This document shows, one piece after another, positions 1 to 11,880 of a DNA stretch of 64,000 nucleotides. Each line of letters starts with the position of its first letter. Position 1 is the first letter of the stretch. The notes below the pieces were generated by a model. That model saw nothing but the letters and a program-made list of their open reading frames with translations. It was not told the DNA's origin and did not search any database. Source of the DNA: Candidatus Aerophobota bacterium (GTDB lineage: Bacteria > Aerophobota > Aerophobia > Aerophobales > JAGGXI01); assembly GCA_021163155.1 (NCBI GenBank), contig JAGGXI010000061.1, positions 18,768 to 82,767 of the forward strand. The letters run 5' to 3'. The translations under genes were made by a program, and so were the position numbers.

Positions 1-2
1 TG

Positions 3-218
3 ATTTGTGCCAATATTGATAAACCTGGAGCTGTGGGAAAAATAGCCACTGTATTGGGGAAACATCAGATTAATATAGGAGGACTGGGAATGAGCAGAAA
101 AGGTCCTGGAGGCAAGAATGTCTCTGTATATATTTTGGATACTCCTCCTCCTCCAGAGGCGTTGAGGGAACTTTCGAGAATAGAAGAAGTACTGGAAGTA
201 AAGTTAGTGAATCTTTAA
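3..218 (+). CDS. serA: D-3-phosphoglycerate dehydrogenase, C-terminal ACT domain (5'-truncated by the window edge)
   Basis: The frame is open from the window start. The translation ICANIDKPGAVGKIATVLGKHQINI...VSVYILDTPPPPEALRELSRIEEVLEVKLVNL matches the ACT-domain pattern of the SerA C-terminus. Confidence 0.6.
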   Translation: MCANIDKPGAVGKIATVLGKHQINIGGLGMSRKGPGGKNVSVYILDTPPPPEALRELSRIEEVLEVKLVNL

Positions 219-245
219 TCAATTGAGAGGAATAAAGAGTAATTA

Positions 246-2875
<2,630 letters not shown>

Positions 2876-2884
2876 AAGTTAAAG

Positions 2885-3178
2885 GAAAAGGGATACCGGT
2901 AGCCGCAGGCTTTAGCCTGCGTAAAAGCAGGATTAGAGGGAAAAATAGGATTAGAGGATTTAAGGATTAGAGGATTAAAGAGAAAGAGATACCGGTAGCC
3001 GCAGGCTTTAGCCTGCGTAAAAGTAGGAGCAAAAGGAAAAATAGGATTAGAGGATTAGAGGATTAGAGGGAAAACCAAGAAAAAACAGAAACAAAAAAAA
3101 TAGGATTAAAGGATTAGAGAGAAAGGGATACCGGTAGCCGCAGGCTTTAGCCTGCGTAAAAGCAGGATTAAAGGGGAC
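2885..3178 (+). repeat. composite array of three REP-like elements (GATACCGGTAGCCGCAGGCTTTAGCCTGCGTAAAAGCAGG) interleaved with 8-bp GGATTARA tandem arrays and an A-rich AAAACCAAGAAAAAACAGAAAC module
   Basis: Core copies lie at about 2891-2939, 2988-3030 and 3126-3178. The GCAGGC-TTTA-GCCTGC stem-loop is preceded by GGTAGCC, a GTAG head. Tandem GGATTAGAGGATTAAAGG units lie between the cores. Confidence 0.85.
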
Positions 3179-3298
3179 TGTGCGTTGAAGTAGGTTAAAA
3201 ATACAGGAGGAGAAGTTCTTAAATAACCTTATTTATAGCAAAACGCAGGCTCTGGTTCAAAAAAAACAAGGTATTTTTGAAAGTATTGTAAAAGAGAG

Positions 3299-5764
3299 GT
3301 GATTAAAATGTTTAATAGATTTACTGAGAGAGCAAGACGTGTAATCTTATTATCTCGGGAAGAAGCTAAAAGATTGGGTCATGATTATTTAGGTACTGAG
3401 CATATTTTATTAGGTTTAATTCGAGAGGGAGAAGGAGTAGGGGCGGTAGCTTTGCAGAATTTAGGAATAGATTTATCTCAGGTTCGCACAGAGGTAGAAA
3501 AGGCTGTAGGTAGGGGGGGAGGCATTCTATTTTTAGGGCAGATACCTTTTACACCTCGTGCAAAAAAAGTGTTAGAGCTGGCAGTAGCAGAGGCTAAAGA
3601 GATGGGGCATAATTATGTAGGTACTGAGCATATTTTATTAGGTTTAATTCGAGAGGGAGAAGGAGTAGCCGCTCAAATCCTTACTAATTTAGAAGCAGAT
3701 TTGCATAAAGTGAGGGAGGAAGTACATAATCTTTTGGATGAGAAGGTATCTCCTCAGAAAGTAGTGGAGCATACTAATACTCCTACTCTCGATAGATTTG
3801 GGCGTGATTTAACTCAATTGGCTAAAAATGGAGAATTAGACCCTGTAATAGATAGAGAAAAAGAGATAGAACGGGTAATTCAGATTCTCTCTCGGCGAAC
3901 CAAGAATAATCCTGTACTAATAGGAGAGGCAGGTGTAGGTAAGACAGCTATTGCCGAAGGGATAGCTCAAAAGATTGCTAAAGGATCTTTCCCTGAGCCT
4001 TTGCTAAATAAACGTCTGGTAACTGTTGAATTAGGAGGAATAGTAGCAGGAACTAAGTATAGAGGGGAATTTGAGAAAAGGATGGAGAAGATTTTAAATG
4101 AGATCAGAAAATCCAAAAATATAATCCTTTTTATAGATGAGGTGCATACTTTGGTAGGAGCAGGAGCAGCTGAGGGAGCTATAGATGCTTCCAGTATTCT
4201 TAAGCCGGCTTTAGCAAGAGGAGAACTACAATGTATCGGGGCAACTACTTTAAATGAGTATAGAAAATATATTGAGCGAGATGAAGCACTGGAAAGAAGA
4301 TTTCAACCTGTGATTATAAAGGAACCCACAGTTAATGAGACTATAGAAATTTTGAAGGGCTTAAGAGATAAATATGAGGCTTTTCATAGAGTCAAAATAA
4401 TTGATGAGGCTTTGATATCAGCGGTTAGGCTCTCTAATAGATATATTCAAGATAGATATCTTCCTGATAAAGCTATTGATGTAGTCGATGAGGCAGCAGC
4501 ACGGGTAAGATTACGAAGTAACACTCGTCCTCAGGGACTTAAGAAAATAGAGGCAGAGTTAGAACATTTAAGAAAAGAGAAAGAATCAGCGATTAAGATG
4601 CAAGAATTTGAAAAGGCTGCGGGATTAAGGGATAAGGAGAAGGGTTTAAAGCAGGCTTTAACTAAAGAGAAGAATGAATGGGAAACAAATAAGGGAAAAG
4701 GAAACATAAAAGAGGAGGTAACAGAAAAAGATATAGCTTATATTGTTTCTAGCTGGACTAATATTCCACTTCGTGACTTGACAGAAGAAGAGTCTAAGAA
4801 GTTGCTCCGAATGGAGGAGGTTTTACACCAGAGGATAGTAGGGCAGGAAGAATCTATAAAAGCAGTCTCTCAAGCTATTCGACGAGCTCGAGCTGGAGTA
4901 AAGAATATCAAAAGACCAATCGGAGCTTTTATCTTCCTTGGCCCTACAGGGGTAGGTAAGACAGAGCTAGCTAAAAGTTTAGCTGAATTTCTCTTCGGTG
5001 ACGAAGATGCTATGATTCGTCTGGATATGTCTGAATATATGGAAAAGTTTACTGTTTCCCGACTTACAGGTGCTCCTCCTGGTTATGTTGGGTATGAAGA
5101 AGGAGGAGAATTGACAGAAAAAGTGAGACGTCGTCCTTATTCAGTAATCCTTCTGGATGAGATAGAAAAAGCACACCCTGATGTTTTTAATATCCTTCTT
5201 CAAATTATGGAAAACGGAAGGTTATCTGACAATTTAGGACATACAGTAGATTTTAGGAATGCAGTCTTAATTATGACTTCTAATTTAGGTGCAGAACAGA
5301 TTATTAGCGGAGCTAATGTAGGATTTCAAACTGACAAAGAGAGAAGGTTATCCTATGAAGAGATGAAAAGTAGGGTCCTTTCGGAATTAAAGCGCCATTT
5401 TCGTCCAGAGTTTCTGAACCGTTTAGATGAAGTAATTGTCTTTCATGCTTTAACTAATGAAGAAATAAAAAAGATTGTTGATTTGATATTAAAGGAAGAA
5501 AAAAAGTTATTAGAAGAAAAGGAGATATTTTTAGAGGTTACTGATAAAGCAAAGGATTTAATTGCTAAAGAAGGATATGACCCAGATTTTGGAGCGCGTC
5601 CTCTTCGCAGAGCTATTCAAAGGCTAATCGAAGACCCTCTTTCAGAAGAAATTTTAAAAGGTAAATTTAAAGAAGGAGATAATATAATGGTAGACATAAA
5701 GGATGGAGATATTGTCTTTAGCAAGAAGAAAAAATTAGCGCAAAAAAGTGTTAATCGTAAGTAG
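3299..5764 (+). CDS. clpC: ATP-dependent Clp protease ATP-binding subunit ClpC (class III stress AAA+ chaperone)
   Basis: 821 aa. Duplicated Clp_N repeats ([15 protein letters not shown] twice), two AAA+ modules ([25 protein letters not shown]) and a UVR-like middle region. Confidence 0.9.
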   Translation: MIKMFNRFTERARRVILLSREEAKRLGHDYLGTEHILLGLIREGEGVGAVALQNLGIDLSQVRTEVEKAVGRGGGILFLGQIPFTPRAKKVLELAVAEAKEMGHNYVGTEHILLGLIREGEGVAAQILTNLEADLHKVREEVHNLLDEKVSPQKVVEHTNTPTLDRFGRDLTQLAKNGELDPVIDREKEIERVIQILSRRTKNNPVLIGEAGVGKTAIAEGIAQKIAKGSFPEPLLNKRLVTVELGGIVAGTKYRGEFEKRMEKILNEIRKSKNIILFIDEVHTLVGAGAAEGAIDASSILKPALARGELQCIGATTLNEYRKYIERDEALERRFQPVIIKEPTVNETIEILKGLRDKYEAFHRVKIIDEALISAVRLSNRYIQDRYLPDKAIDVVDEAAARVRLRSNTRPQGLKKIEAELEHLRKEKESAIKMQEFEKAAGLRDKEKGLKQALTKEKNEWETNKGKGNIKEEVTEKDIAYIVSSWTNIPLRDLTEEESKKLLRMEEVLHQRIVGQEESIKAVSQAIRRARAGVKNIKRPIGAFIFLGPTGVGKTELAKSLAEFLFGDEDAMIRLDMSEYMEKFTVSRLTGAPPGYVGYEEGGELTEKVRRRPYSVILLDEIEKAHPDVFNILLQIMENGRLSDNLGHTVDFRNAVLIMTSNLGAEQIISGANVGFQTDKERRLSYEEMKSRVLSELKRHFRPEFLNRLDEVIVFHALTNEEIKKIVDLILKEEKKLLEEKEIFLEVTDKAKDLIAKEGYDPDFGARPLRRAIQRLIEDPLSEEILKGKFKEGDNIMVDIKDGDIVFSKKKKLAQKSVNRK

Positions 5765-5904
5765 TGTATAGTGAATAGGTATTAGACAAACTTTTTGATA
5801 CTATTTCTTGTAGTTCCTTCACCTATATTTGAAGGTATTGAGAGGAGTAGCTCTTCTCATTATTTTTATGCATTAGCATTTAACTCATATCCCATTTTGC
5901 TTAA

Positions 5905-5935
5905 TTCTTTAGAAAGAGACCTCTGAAAAATCTCC
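5905..5935 (+). terminator. putative stem-loop terminator downstream of clpC (AGAGACCTCTG-N9-CAGAGGTCTCT)
   Basis: Perfect 11-bp inverted repeat about 140 nt after the clpC stop. The downstream T-tract is weak and interrupted. It belongs to a small dispersed hairpin family. Confidence 0.35.
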
Positions 5936-6075
5936 AGAGGTCTCTGATTACACAGATTTTTAAAATGATTATACTGATTTAGTAAGAATAATTGTAACTA
6001 TTCAGCCTGTTCAATTATAGTAATACAAATAAACCTGGGGCTAATTGGCTGTTTAGTGTGTAGAAAGGTTGCTAA

Positions 6076-8046
6076 ATGATGATAAATAAGAGGATATTTC
6101 TCCTTTATAATTTTAAAGAGGGGCTTTTTATTAAGAAGATAATAGGATTGATTGCTTTCTCTGTTTTAATCTTTGCTTCTTTGAACTCGATAGCTCATGC
6201 TTCCTCTATTATCACAGATATTCAAATAAAGGGAAATCAACATATTAAAGATAGTAAGATTAAAAAGATTATTAAAAGTAAAGTAGGCAAGGGTTTTTCG
6301 GAAACAAAGATAAAGGAAGATATGCAAGCTATCTATGATATAGGTTGCTTTTCCACCATTAAAGTTCTGAGGGAGAATACAGAAGGAGGGATGATACTGA
6401 TATTTGAGGTTAAAGAAAATAAAGAGATTACTCAAATTGAGTTTAAAGGGGGAGAAGACAATATAAGCAAAGTAAAAAAACTAATCACTTTTAAAAAGGG
6501 ACAGTTATGGAACTTTAAAAAAGTAAAGAAAAGCAAAGAAAAGATTTTGAAATTTTATCAAGAGAAAGGATTTTTCGCTGTTTCAGTAGATATCTCTCAA
6601 AATGGCTTAGGAGAAAACAAGTGTAAAGCTATTATTAATATTAAGCCAGGCAGAAAGTTTTTTATTTCAGAAGTTAAAATAGAGGGGAATAAGATTTTAA
6701 ATAGACAAAGCATTATGGAAGAGCTACAAATAAAGAAAAATGGACTTTTTATTCCTGACCAGCTTAATAAGGGAATAAAGAGAGTGCGAAATATATACGG
6801 AGAAAAGGGATATATTTACGCTCGTATTAAACATGATTTAGAAGTTAACCGGGAGAAAAATAGGGTAAAAGTTATTATTAATATAGAGGAAAATATTTTA
6901 GTAAGAGTAGGAGAGATTAAATTAAAAAGAGATAATATATCTTCTAAAGAAAGGATATTAAAACACACTTTTTTATTGAAAAAAGGAGATATATTTAATA
7001 CAAAGAAAATCCAAGAAAGTTGGCGTAGACTTTATAATCTTGGCTTCTTTGAAAAAGTGGAAATTAAACCTGTCCCTACTTCTTCTCCGGCTATAATAGA
7101 TTTGGTGGTTGAAGTAAAAGAGATAGAGAGAAAAGGAGAGTTAATTTTAGGGGTAGGTTATAGTGCTAATTCTGGATGGGGTGGAAATATACAAATATCA
7201 AAAGATAATCTCTGGGGAGAGGGAAAAAAGATAGGGATTGACTGGAATTTTGGAGAAAAGAGAAGTAGTTATGATATGGATTATCTGGATAGATGGTGGC
7301 AAGATACTTCTAATAGCGTTCGCATTAACCTTTATAATAAACTGCACACCTATGAAGATTATGAGAAGGGAGAGATGGGAGGAAGGCTAATTTTGGGATT
7401 CCCAGCAGGAAAATATACTCAGTTTTTTTTAAATTTCAAAAATGATAATGTAAAGATTACAAAAACAGGAAACTCTTTACCAGAAGGACTTGAAGAGGGG
7501 GTAAAGCTTAGAAGAATTTTAGGTCTTATGTTGCAGAAAGATACGCGGGTAAGAGATGAGGTTTTTAATTCTTATAAAGGTTCTTATACCTCTTTTTCTT
7601 TAGAGAAAAGCGGGGACTTTTTAGGAGGAGATATTAAGTTTGTTAGTTATGGAGCTGAGTGGAGAGGATATTTTCGAAAAGGTAGCCTTTGGAAGTTCCC
7701 TATCTTAGCTTGCCGTTTACAGGGAAAATTAGGCGAGAACCTCCCGTATACAGAAAAATTCAGTATGGGTGGTCAGGAGAGTTTAAGGGGATATAAATAC
7801 GGTGAGTTTGAGGGAGATAAGTTACTTCTTGGAAATCTGGAGTTAAGGATTCCTGTAGGTAAAGATTTTACATTTTTGCTATTTGTCGATAGTGGAAGAA
7901 TGTGGGATAGAGATTTAAAATTTTTTAAAACAGGTTGGGGGCTTGGGCTGAAAGTTAAGAGTCCTTTGGGTCTTATCCGTATGGATTATGGAATAGGGGA
8001 AGATAATAGAGGAAGATTTTACTTTGGAATAGGGGAGGGATTTTAG
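6076..8046 (+). CDS. bamA: outer membrane protein assembly factor BamA / Omp85 family (POTRA repeats plus C-terminal beta-barrel)
   Basis: 656 aa. Signal/TM segment, POTRA-like repeats (IQIKGNQHIKDSKIKKII), C-terminal barrel ending ...RFYFGIGEGF with aromatic terminal residues. Confidence 0.8.
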   Translation: MMINKRIFLLYNFKEGLFIKKIIGLIAFSVLIFASLNSIAHASSIITDIQIKGNQHIKDSKIKKIIKSKVGKGFSETKIKEDMQAIYDIGCFSTIKVLRENTEGGMILIFEVKENKEITQIEFKGGEDNISKVKKLITFKKGQLWNFKKVKKSKEKILKFYQEKGFFAVSVDISQNGLGENKCKAIINIKPGRKFFISEVKIEGNKILNRQSIMEELQIKKNGLFIPDQLNKGIKRVRNIYGEKGYIYARIKHDLEVNREKNRVKVIINIEENILVRVGEIKLKRDNISSKERILKHTFLLKKGDIFNTKKIQESWRRLYNLGFFEKVEIKPVPTSSPAIIDLVVEVKEIERKGELILGVGYSANSGWGGNIQISKDNLWGEGKKIGIDWNFGEKRSSYDMDYLDRWWQDTSNSVRINLYNKLHTYEDYEKGEMGGRLILGFPAGKYTQFFLNFKNDNVKITKTGNSLPEGLEEGVKLRRILGLMLQKDTRVRDEVFNSYKGSYTSFSLEKSGDFLGGDIKFVSYGAEWRGYFRKGSLWKFPILACRLQGKLGENLPYTEKFSMGGQESLRGYKYGEFEGDKLLLGNLELRIPVGKDFTFLLFVDSGRMWDRDLKFFKTGWGLGLKVKSPLGLIRMDYGIGEDNRGRFYFGIGEGF

Positions 8047-8059
8047 TGGAAGGAGAGTA

Positions 8060-8602
8060 ATGAGAATTACAGGAGGGACAGCTAAAGGCAGACAGATAAA
8101 GTCTCCGAGAAGTAGTTGGGTACGGCCTCTTCTTTCTCGGATAAGAAAATCACTTTTTGATATTTTAGGAGAGAAAATTAAGGGAAGTAGATTTTTAGAC
8201 CTTTACGCAGGGTCGGGAGCAGTGGGTATTGAAGCACTGAGCAGAAGAGCAAAGGAGGTAGTTTTTGTGGAGAAGAGTGCTGCTTGTGTAAGAACAATAA
8301 AGGAGAATCTTTTTATTTGTGATTTTTATTCCTTCTCTACAATCTGGCAAAAGGATGTGCTCTCTTTCCTCCCTTTTCTTCTTGATGAAGAAAAATTTGA
8401 CTTTATTTTTATTGCTCCTCCTTATTATAAAAATTTACAAAATAGAACTTTAGATATATTGGAGGAGAAAGATTTAAATAAGACTGAAATTATAGTGCAG
8501 TATTCGTCTCGAGAAAAGCTTAACTTTATTCGAAAAAATATTAAAATAGAAAAAGAGAGAAAATACGGAGATACAATTTTAGCTTTTGGCCTCAGATCTT
8601 GA
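8060..8602 (+). CDS. rsmD: 16S rRNA (guanine966-N2)-methyltransferase RsmD
   Basis: 180 aa. N-terminal MRITGGTAKGRQIKSP, then FLDLYAGSGAVGIEALSRRA SAM-binding and FIAPPY motifs. Confidence 0.8.
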   Translation: MRITGGTAKGRQIKSPRSSWVRPLLSRIRKSLFDILGEKIKGSRFLDLYAGSGAVGIEALSRRAKEVVFVEKSAACVRTIKENLFICDFYSFSTIWQKDVLSFLPFLLDEEKFDFIFIAPPYYKNLQNRTLDILEEKDLNKTEIIVQYSSREKLNFIRKNIKIEKERKYGDTILAFGLRS

Positions 8603-8821
8603 TCATTATAGCTGGTAAAGAGCAAATGAACAAAATCAAGAGTAACTTAATACTCTTTTACTATACCAGATTGCGCAGGAGAGACGTAGTTTGAAGTTTG
8701 CAACTGCCGATATTAGAATAATAGAAATCTTTACCTATTTGCTATTGCGAGGATTGTCCTAATCACAAGCAAAGGAACTCAATGAAGCAGTCTTACGTCT
8801 GCTTTCATTAAGTTCGCAGTA

Positions 8822-10654
8822 ATGGAGAATAGGAAAGTATTGATGAAGTTAAACTATAACGGCGGTAATAATAAGCTAAGCTTGGAAGAAAAAATAAGGC
8901 AATTGCCGGATAAAGCAGGTGTATATATTTTAAAAAACGAAAGGAGGGATGTTCTTTATGTAGGTAAGGCGCTCTCTCTAAAAAAGAGGGTTTGTTCTTA
9001 TTTTCAAAAAGGAATTACCTCTCCTAGAATAAGTTCTCTTAGGTCACGTATTTCGGATTTTGAATGGCTAGTCACCGATTCCGAGGCAGAAGCTTTTTTA
9101 TTAGAGTCTAATCTAATAAAACATTATCATCCCCGTTATAATATTCGTCTTCGCGATGATAAATCTTATCCTTATATTAAGCTTACTACTTGTGAGCCTT
9201 TTCCTCGTCTTTTTTTGACTCGAAATCCTAAGGAAGATGGTTCCCGATATTTTGGCCCTTATACTGATGTGAAAGCAGCCAGGAAAATCATCTCTCTCCT
9301 TCACCGTTTTTTCCCTTTAAGAAGATGTAAAGGAAAATTTAAAGTTAGATCAAGGCCCTGTCTTAATTATTACATAAAGGAGTGTGGTGCTCCCTGTGTG
9401 GGAAAAATTAGCCAAGATGATTATTTGCTATTAGTAAAAGAGGTTTCCCTTTTTCTTCAAGGGCATTATAAGGTTTTGTTATCCAGACTAAAAAAAGAGA
9501 TGTTACAGGTTTCTCAAAAGGAAGAATTTGAAAAGGCAGCAAAGATAAGAGATTGCATCAGGGGAATTCAACGAATTAGCCAAACTCAAAAAGTGACCTC
9601 TTTCCCAGGAAAAGATAGGGATTTAATTACTTTTGCTTCAAAGGGAGAAAAGGTATGTATTTTAGTTTTTCTTATCCGCGAAGGGAAAATTATAGACAAG
9701 AAACATTTCTTTCTTACAAGAGGGGGAAAAGTTAAAGATGAGGAGATGTTATCTTTTTTTATCCGACATTATTATGCTAAAACTTCTTTTATCCCTCAGG
9801 ATATTCTTATACAAAGTGAGATAAAAGATTTTAGTAAAATAACTGAATGGTTTCTCCGGAAAAGAGGGAAAAAAGTTAAACTAACATTTCCCAAAAGAGG
9901 AGAGAAAGCAAGGTTAGTGGAATTAGCAAAGAAAAATGCTCTCTTTGTTTTAAAACAAGAAAGGGAAAAGAATAAAGAAAAAGCTTTGTCTGAACTTAAA
10001 CAATATTTAAATTTAAAAGAGAAACCTTTACGAATAGAAGGATTTGATATTTCCAATATTCAAGGCAGGATTGCCACAGGCTCAGCAGTAGTATTTAAGG
10101 AAGGTAAAGCTGAAAAAAGTGAGTATAGAAGGTTTAAGATTAAGAGTGTGAAAGGGGCGGATGATTTTGCCATGCTTTCTGAAGTAATTGGTCGTCGTTA
10201 TCGAAGATTGGCAAAGGAAGGACTTTCTCTTCCTCAATTGATTTTAGTAGATGGGGGAAAAGGGCAGGTATCTTCTTGCATAAAAGTGCTTAAGGAATTA
10301 AATTTGCAGCATATTCCCCTAATTGGTTTAGCAAAGGAGTTAGAAGAGATTTATCTTCCCTATCAATCTTTTCCTCTGAATATTCCCAGGGATTCGGCTG
10401 CTTTAAAACTATTACAAGAGATTAGAGATGAAGCTCATCGATTTGCTTGGTCTTATCATATAAAGAGACGGGGAAAAAAAATTAAAGGTTCTTCTCTTGA
10501 TGCTATTCCTGGAATTGGAGAGAAGACCAAGAAACTCCTTTTAGCTCATTTTAAATCTGTTAGTCAGATGAAAAATGTAGATGAACTTAAAATGATTCCT
10601 GGAATTGGAGAGAAGACTTCAAAGAAGATACTTGAATATTTAAATGAGGAATAG
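8822..10654 (+). CDS. uvrC: excinuclease ABC subunit C
   Basis: 610 aa. N-terminal GIY-YIG (GVYILKNERRDVLYVGKA), UvrBC-interaction region, C-terminal RNaseH-like and tandem HhH (IPGIGEKT twice). The exact start is uncertain. Confidence 0.9.
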   Translation: MENRKVLMKLNYNGGNNKLSLEEKIRQLPDKAGVYILKNERRDVLYVGKALSLKKRVCSYFQKGITSPRISSLRSRISDFEWLVTDSEAEAFLLESNLIKHYHPRYNIRLRDDKSYPYIKLTTCEPFPRLFLTRNPKEDGSRYFGPYTDVKAARKIISLLHRFFPLRRCKGKFKVRSRPCLNYYIKECGAPCVGKISQDDYLLLVKEVSLFLQGHYKVLLSRLKKEMLQVSQKEEFEKAAKIRDCIRGIQRISQTQKVTSFPGKDRDLITFASKGEKVCILVFLIREGKIIDKKHFFLTRGGKVKDEEMLSFFIRHYYAKTSFIPQDILIQSEIKDFSKITEWFLRKRGKKVKLTFPKRGEKARLVELAKKNALFVLKQEREKNKEKALSELKQYLNLKEKPLRIEGFDISNIQGRIATGSAVVFKEGKAEKSEYRRFKIKSVKGADDFAMLSEVIGRRYRRLAKEGLSLPQLILVDGGKGQVSSCIKVLKELNLQHIPLIGLAKELEEIYLPYQSFPLNIPRDSAALKLLQEIRDEAHRFAWSYHIKRRGKKIKGSSLDAIPGIGEKTKKLLLAHFKSVSQMKNVDELKMIPGIGEKTSKKILEYLNEE

Positions 10655-10799
10655 AATTCAGTATTCAGGAGTCAGAATCCAGAAGGAGGAATAGGAGTCA
10701 ATGGGATTTTCCCCATACAATTAAGTCTGCAAAAGATTTAGTCCGTGTTTTTCATTTTGAATTCTTAACTTAAACCCAGATTCGGCAAACTGTTAGAGT

Positions 10800-10888
10800 G
10801 CCTGGCCTGGGTAGGGGAGGCTTTAGCCTCCCAATAGCCTCTAACTCTTGTTTTGCAAAGGGCGACTGAACTCGCCCCTACCCAAAAA
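10800..10888. repeat. two small palindromic repeat-family members: GGGAGGC-TTTA-GCCTCCC and GGGCGA-CTGAAC-TCGCCC hairpins
   Basis: Near-identical copies at 43738-43765 and 53023-53060 (first family) and 34020-34050 (second family). An adjacent GGCAAACTGTTAGAGTGCCT motif recurs at 52828-52848. Confidence 0.6.
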
Positions 10889-11007
10889 AGAAAAAATATT
10901 TTTTGCTCCTAAAAAATTTAGTTTTCATGAAGATTAGACTCAGAACAATATTCCAGGAGAAACTTAATGGTCATTATTCAAATTGCCGAATCCGGGTTAA
11001 AATAAAA

Positions 11008-11496
11008 ATGTTTAGTCTTTTAGTGCTAAAATTAGATTCAATATGGATAGGGGCGATTTGTAATAAAGAGAAGTTGGTAAGAATTTCTCTCTCTTTTAAA
11101 AAAGAGAGTCTTTTTGCTGATTTAAGAATAAGTAAGGATAAAGAAAGATATTCTTCTTCTCTTTTGGAACGTTTAAGAGATGATTTAATTGATTATTGGC
11201 ATCTAAAAAAGATAAATTTTGATAACTACCCTTTAAAGTTAAGCGATTATTCATATTTTGCTAAAAGTGTTTGGAAGAATACTCAGAGAATACCTTATGG
11301 TGAAGTTCGTTCTTACAAATGGATAGCACATAAGGTTAATACCAGAGGATATCGAGCCGTAGGAAGAGTTTTGTCTCTTAATCCTTTCCCTATAATTATT
11401 CCTTGTCATAGAGTAATAAGAAATGATGGAGGATTGGGTGGTTTTTCAGCAGGAATAGAAATTAAAAAAAGACTTTTGAAAATAGAGAAGAACTAA
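11008..11496 (+). CDS. ogt: methylated-DNA-[protein]-cysteine S-methyltransferase
   Basis: C-terminal DNA-binding/active-site domain with the PCHRV motif (IIIPCHRVIRNDGGLGGFSAG). The N-terminal Ogt domain begins at the M of MFSLLVLKLDS. The track ORF (10903) probably overextends upstream. Confidence 0.75.
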   Translation: MFSLLVLKLDSIWIGAICNKEKLVRISLSFKKESLFADLRISKDKERYSSSLLERLRDDLIDYWHLKKINFDNYPLKLSDYSYFAKSVWKNTQRIPYGEVRSYKWIAHKVNTRGYRAVGRVLSLNPFPIIIPCHRVIRNDGGLGGFSAGIEIKKRLLKIEKN

Positions 11497-11499
11497 AAA

Positions 11500-11598
11500 A
11501 GCAAGATTAAAGGATTAAAGGGAAGGAGATACGGTAGCCGCAGGCTTTAGCCTGCGTAAAAGCAAGATTAAAGGATTAAAGGATTAGAGGATTAAAGA
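11500..11598 (+). repeat. REP-like element (TACGGTAGCCGCAGGCTTTAGCCTGCGTAAAAGC) flanked by GGATTAAA/GGATTAGA 8-bp arrays
   Basis: Same core as at 2891-3178. The GGA-rich strand is on plus, matching the flanking ogt and secA. Confidence 0.85.
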
Positions 11599-11622
11599 AA
11601 AAAAACGAGAAAGTTTCAGAAA

Positions 11623-11690
11623 ATACTACCGAATTCATTCGGTGGTAGCTTATGTCTACAGCGAAGCGATGGTGTTAACCACTGTAGAAC
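11623..11690 (+). repeat. third repeat family, about 52-nt unit, two hairpins (ACCACCGAATTCATTCGGTGGT...GCGAAGCGATGGTGTTAACCAC)
   Basis: Homologous copies at 23509-23570 (plus) and 35995-36060 (minus, circularly permuted, about 1.3 units). Confidence 0.7.
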
Positions 11691-11704
11691 TTAATAAATT
11701 TTCC

Positions 11705-11732
11705 TTGCATAATAGCATTATAATAGTATAAT
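11705..11732 (+). promoter_or_regulatory. sigma-70-like promoter for secA (TTGCAT-N16-TATAAT)
   Basis: TTGCAT at 11705-11710 and TATAAT at 11727-11732 with a 16-nt spacer, about 150 nt upstream of the secA ATG. Confidence 0.5.
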
Positions 11733-11880
11733 ATAGAGAATACCAATAGGTGAAATTCGAAATAGACGAATTATTTTGAAAAAAGAAGCAATTTTGAACA
11801 TTTATACCTAAGGTTTAAAATTTTAATAGTGTAGGAAAGTTTAGATTTTATTTAGACTATTACAAAAAAAAGGATTTTAA

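Noticed and set aside
2885-3178. CRISPR array, given repeated roughly 48-nt units separated by short intervening sequences
   Set aside because: The intervening segments are themselves GGATTARA tandem repeats rather than unique spacers, and spacing is irregular. The same units are dispersed singly at 15 or more loci in both orientations, and no cas genes are present. A REP-like interspersed element family explains this better.
3180-3298. CtsR or CIRCE operator upstream of clpC (GGTTCAAAAAAAACAAGGTAT)
   Set aside because: It matches only one CtsR heptad (GGTCAAA) loosely, with no second heptad at the right spacing. TTAGAGTG motifs elsewhere (10795, 52838) lack the CIRCE partner half-site.
8603-8821. 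Possible tRNA or other structured RNA gene in the rsmD-uvrC spacer
   Set aside because: There is no T-loop (GTTCRANYC) or acceptor-stem symmetry, only a short imperfect palindrome (GCAGTCTTACGTCTGC). I could not support any RNA gene here.
10903-11007. N-terminal 35-aa extension of the ogt ORF (MLLKNLVFMKIRLRT...)
   Set aside because: It has no similarity to the Ogt N-domain and crosses a repeat-rich intergenic region. The start at M (11008) gives a typical Ogt of about 160 aa.
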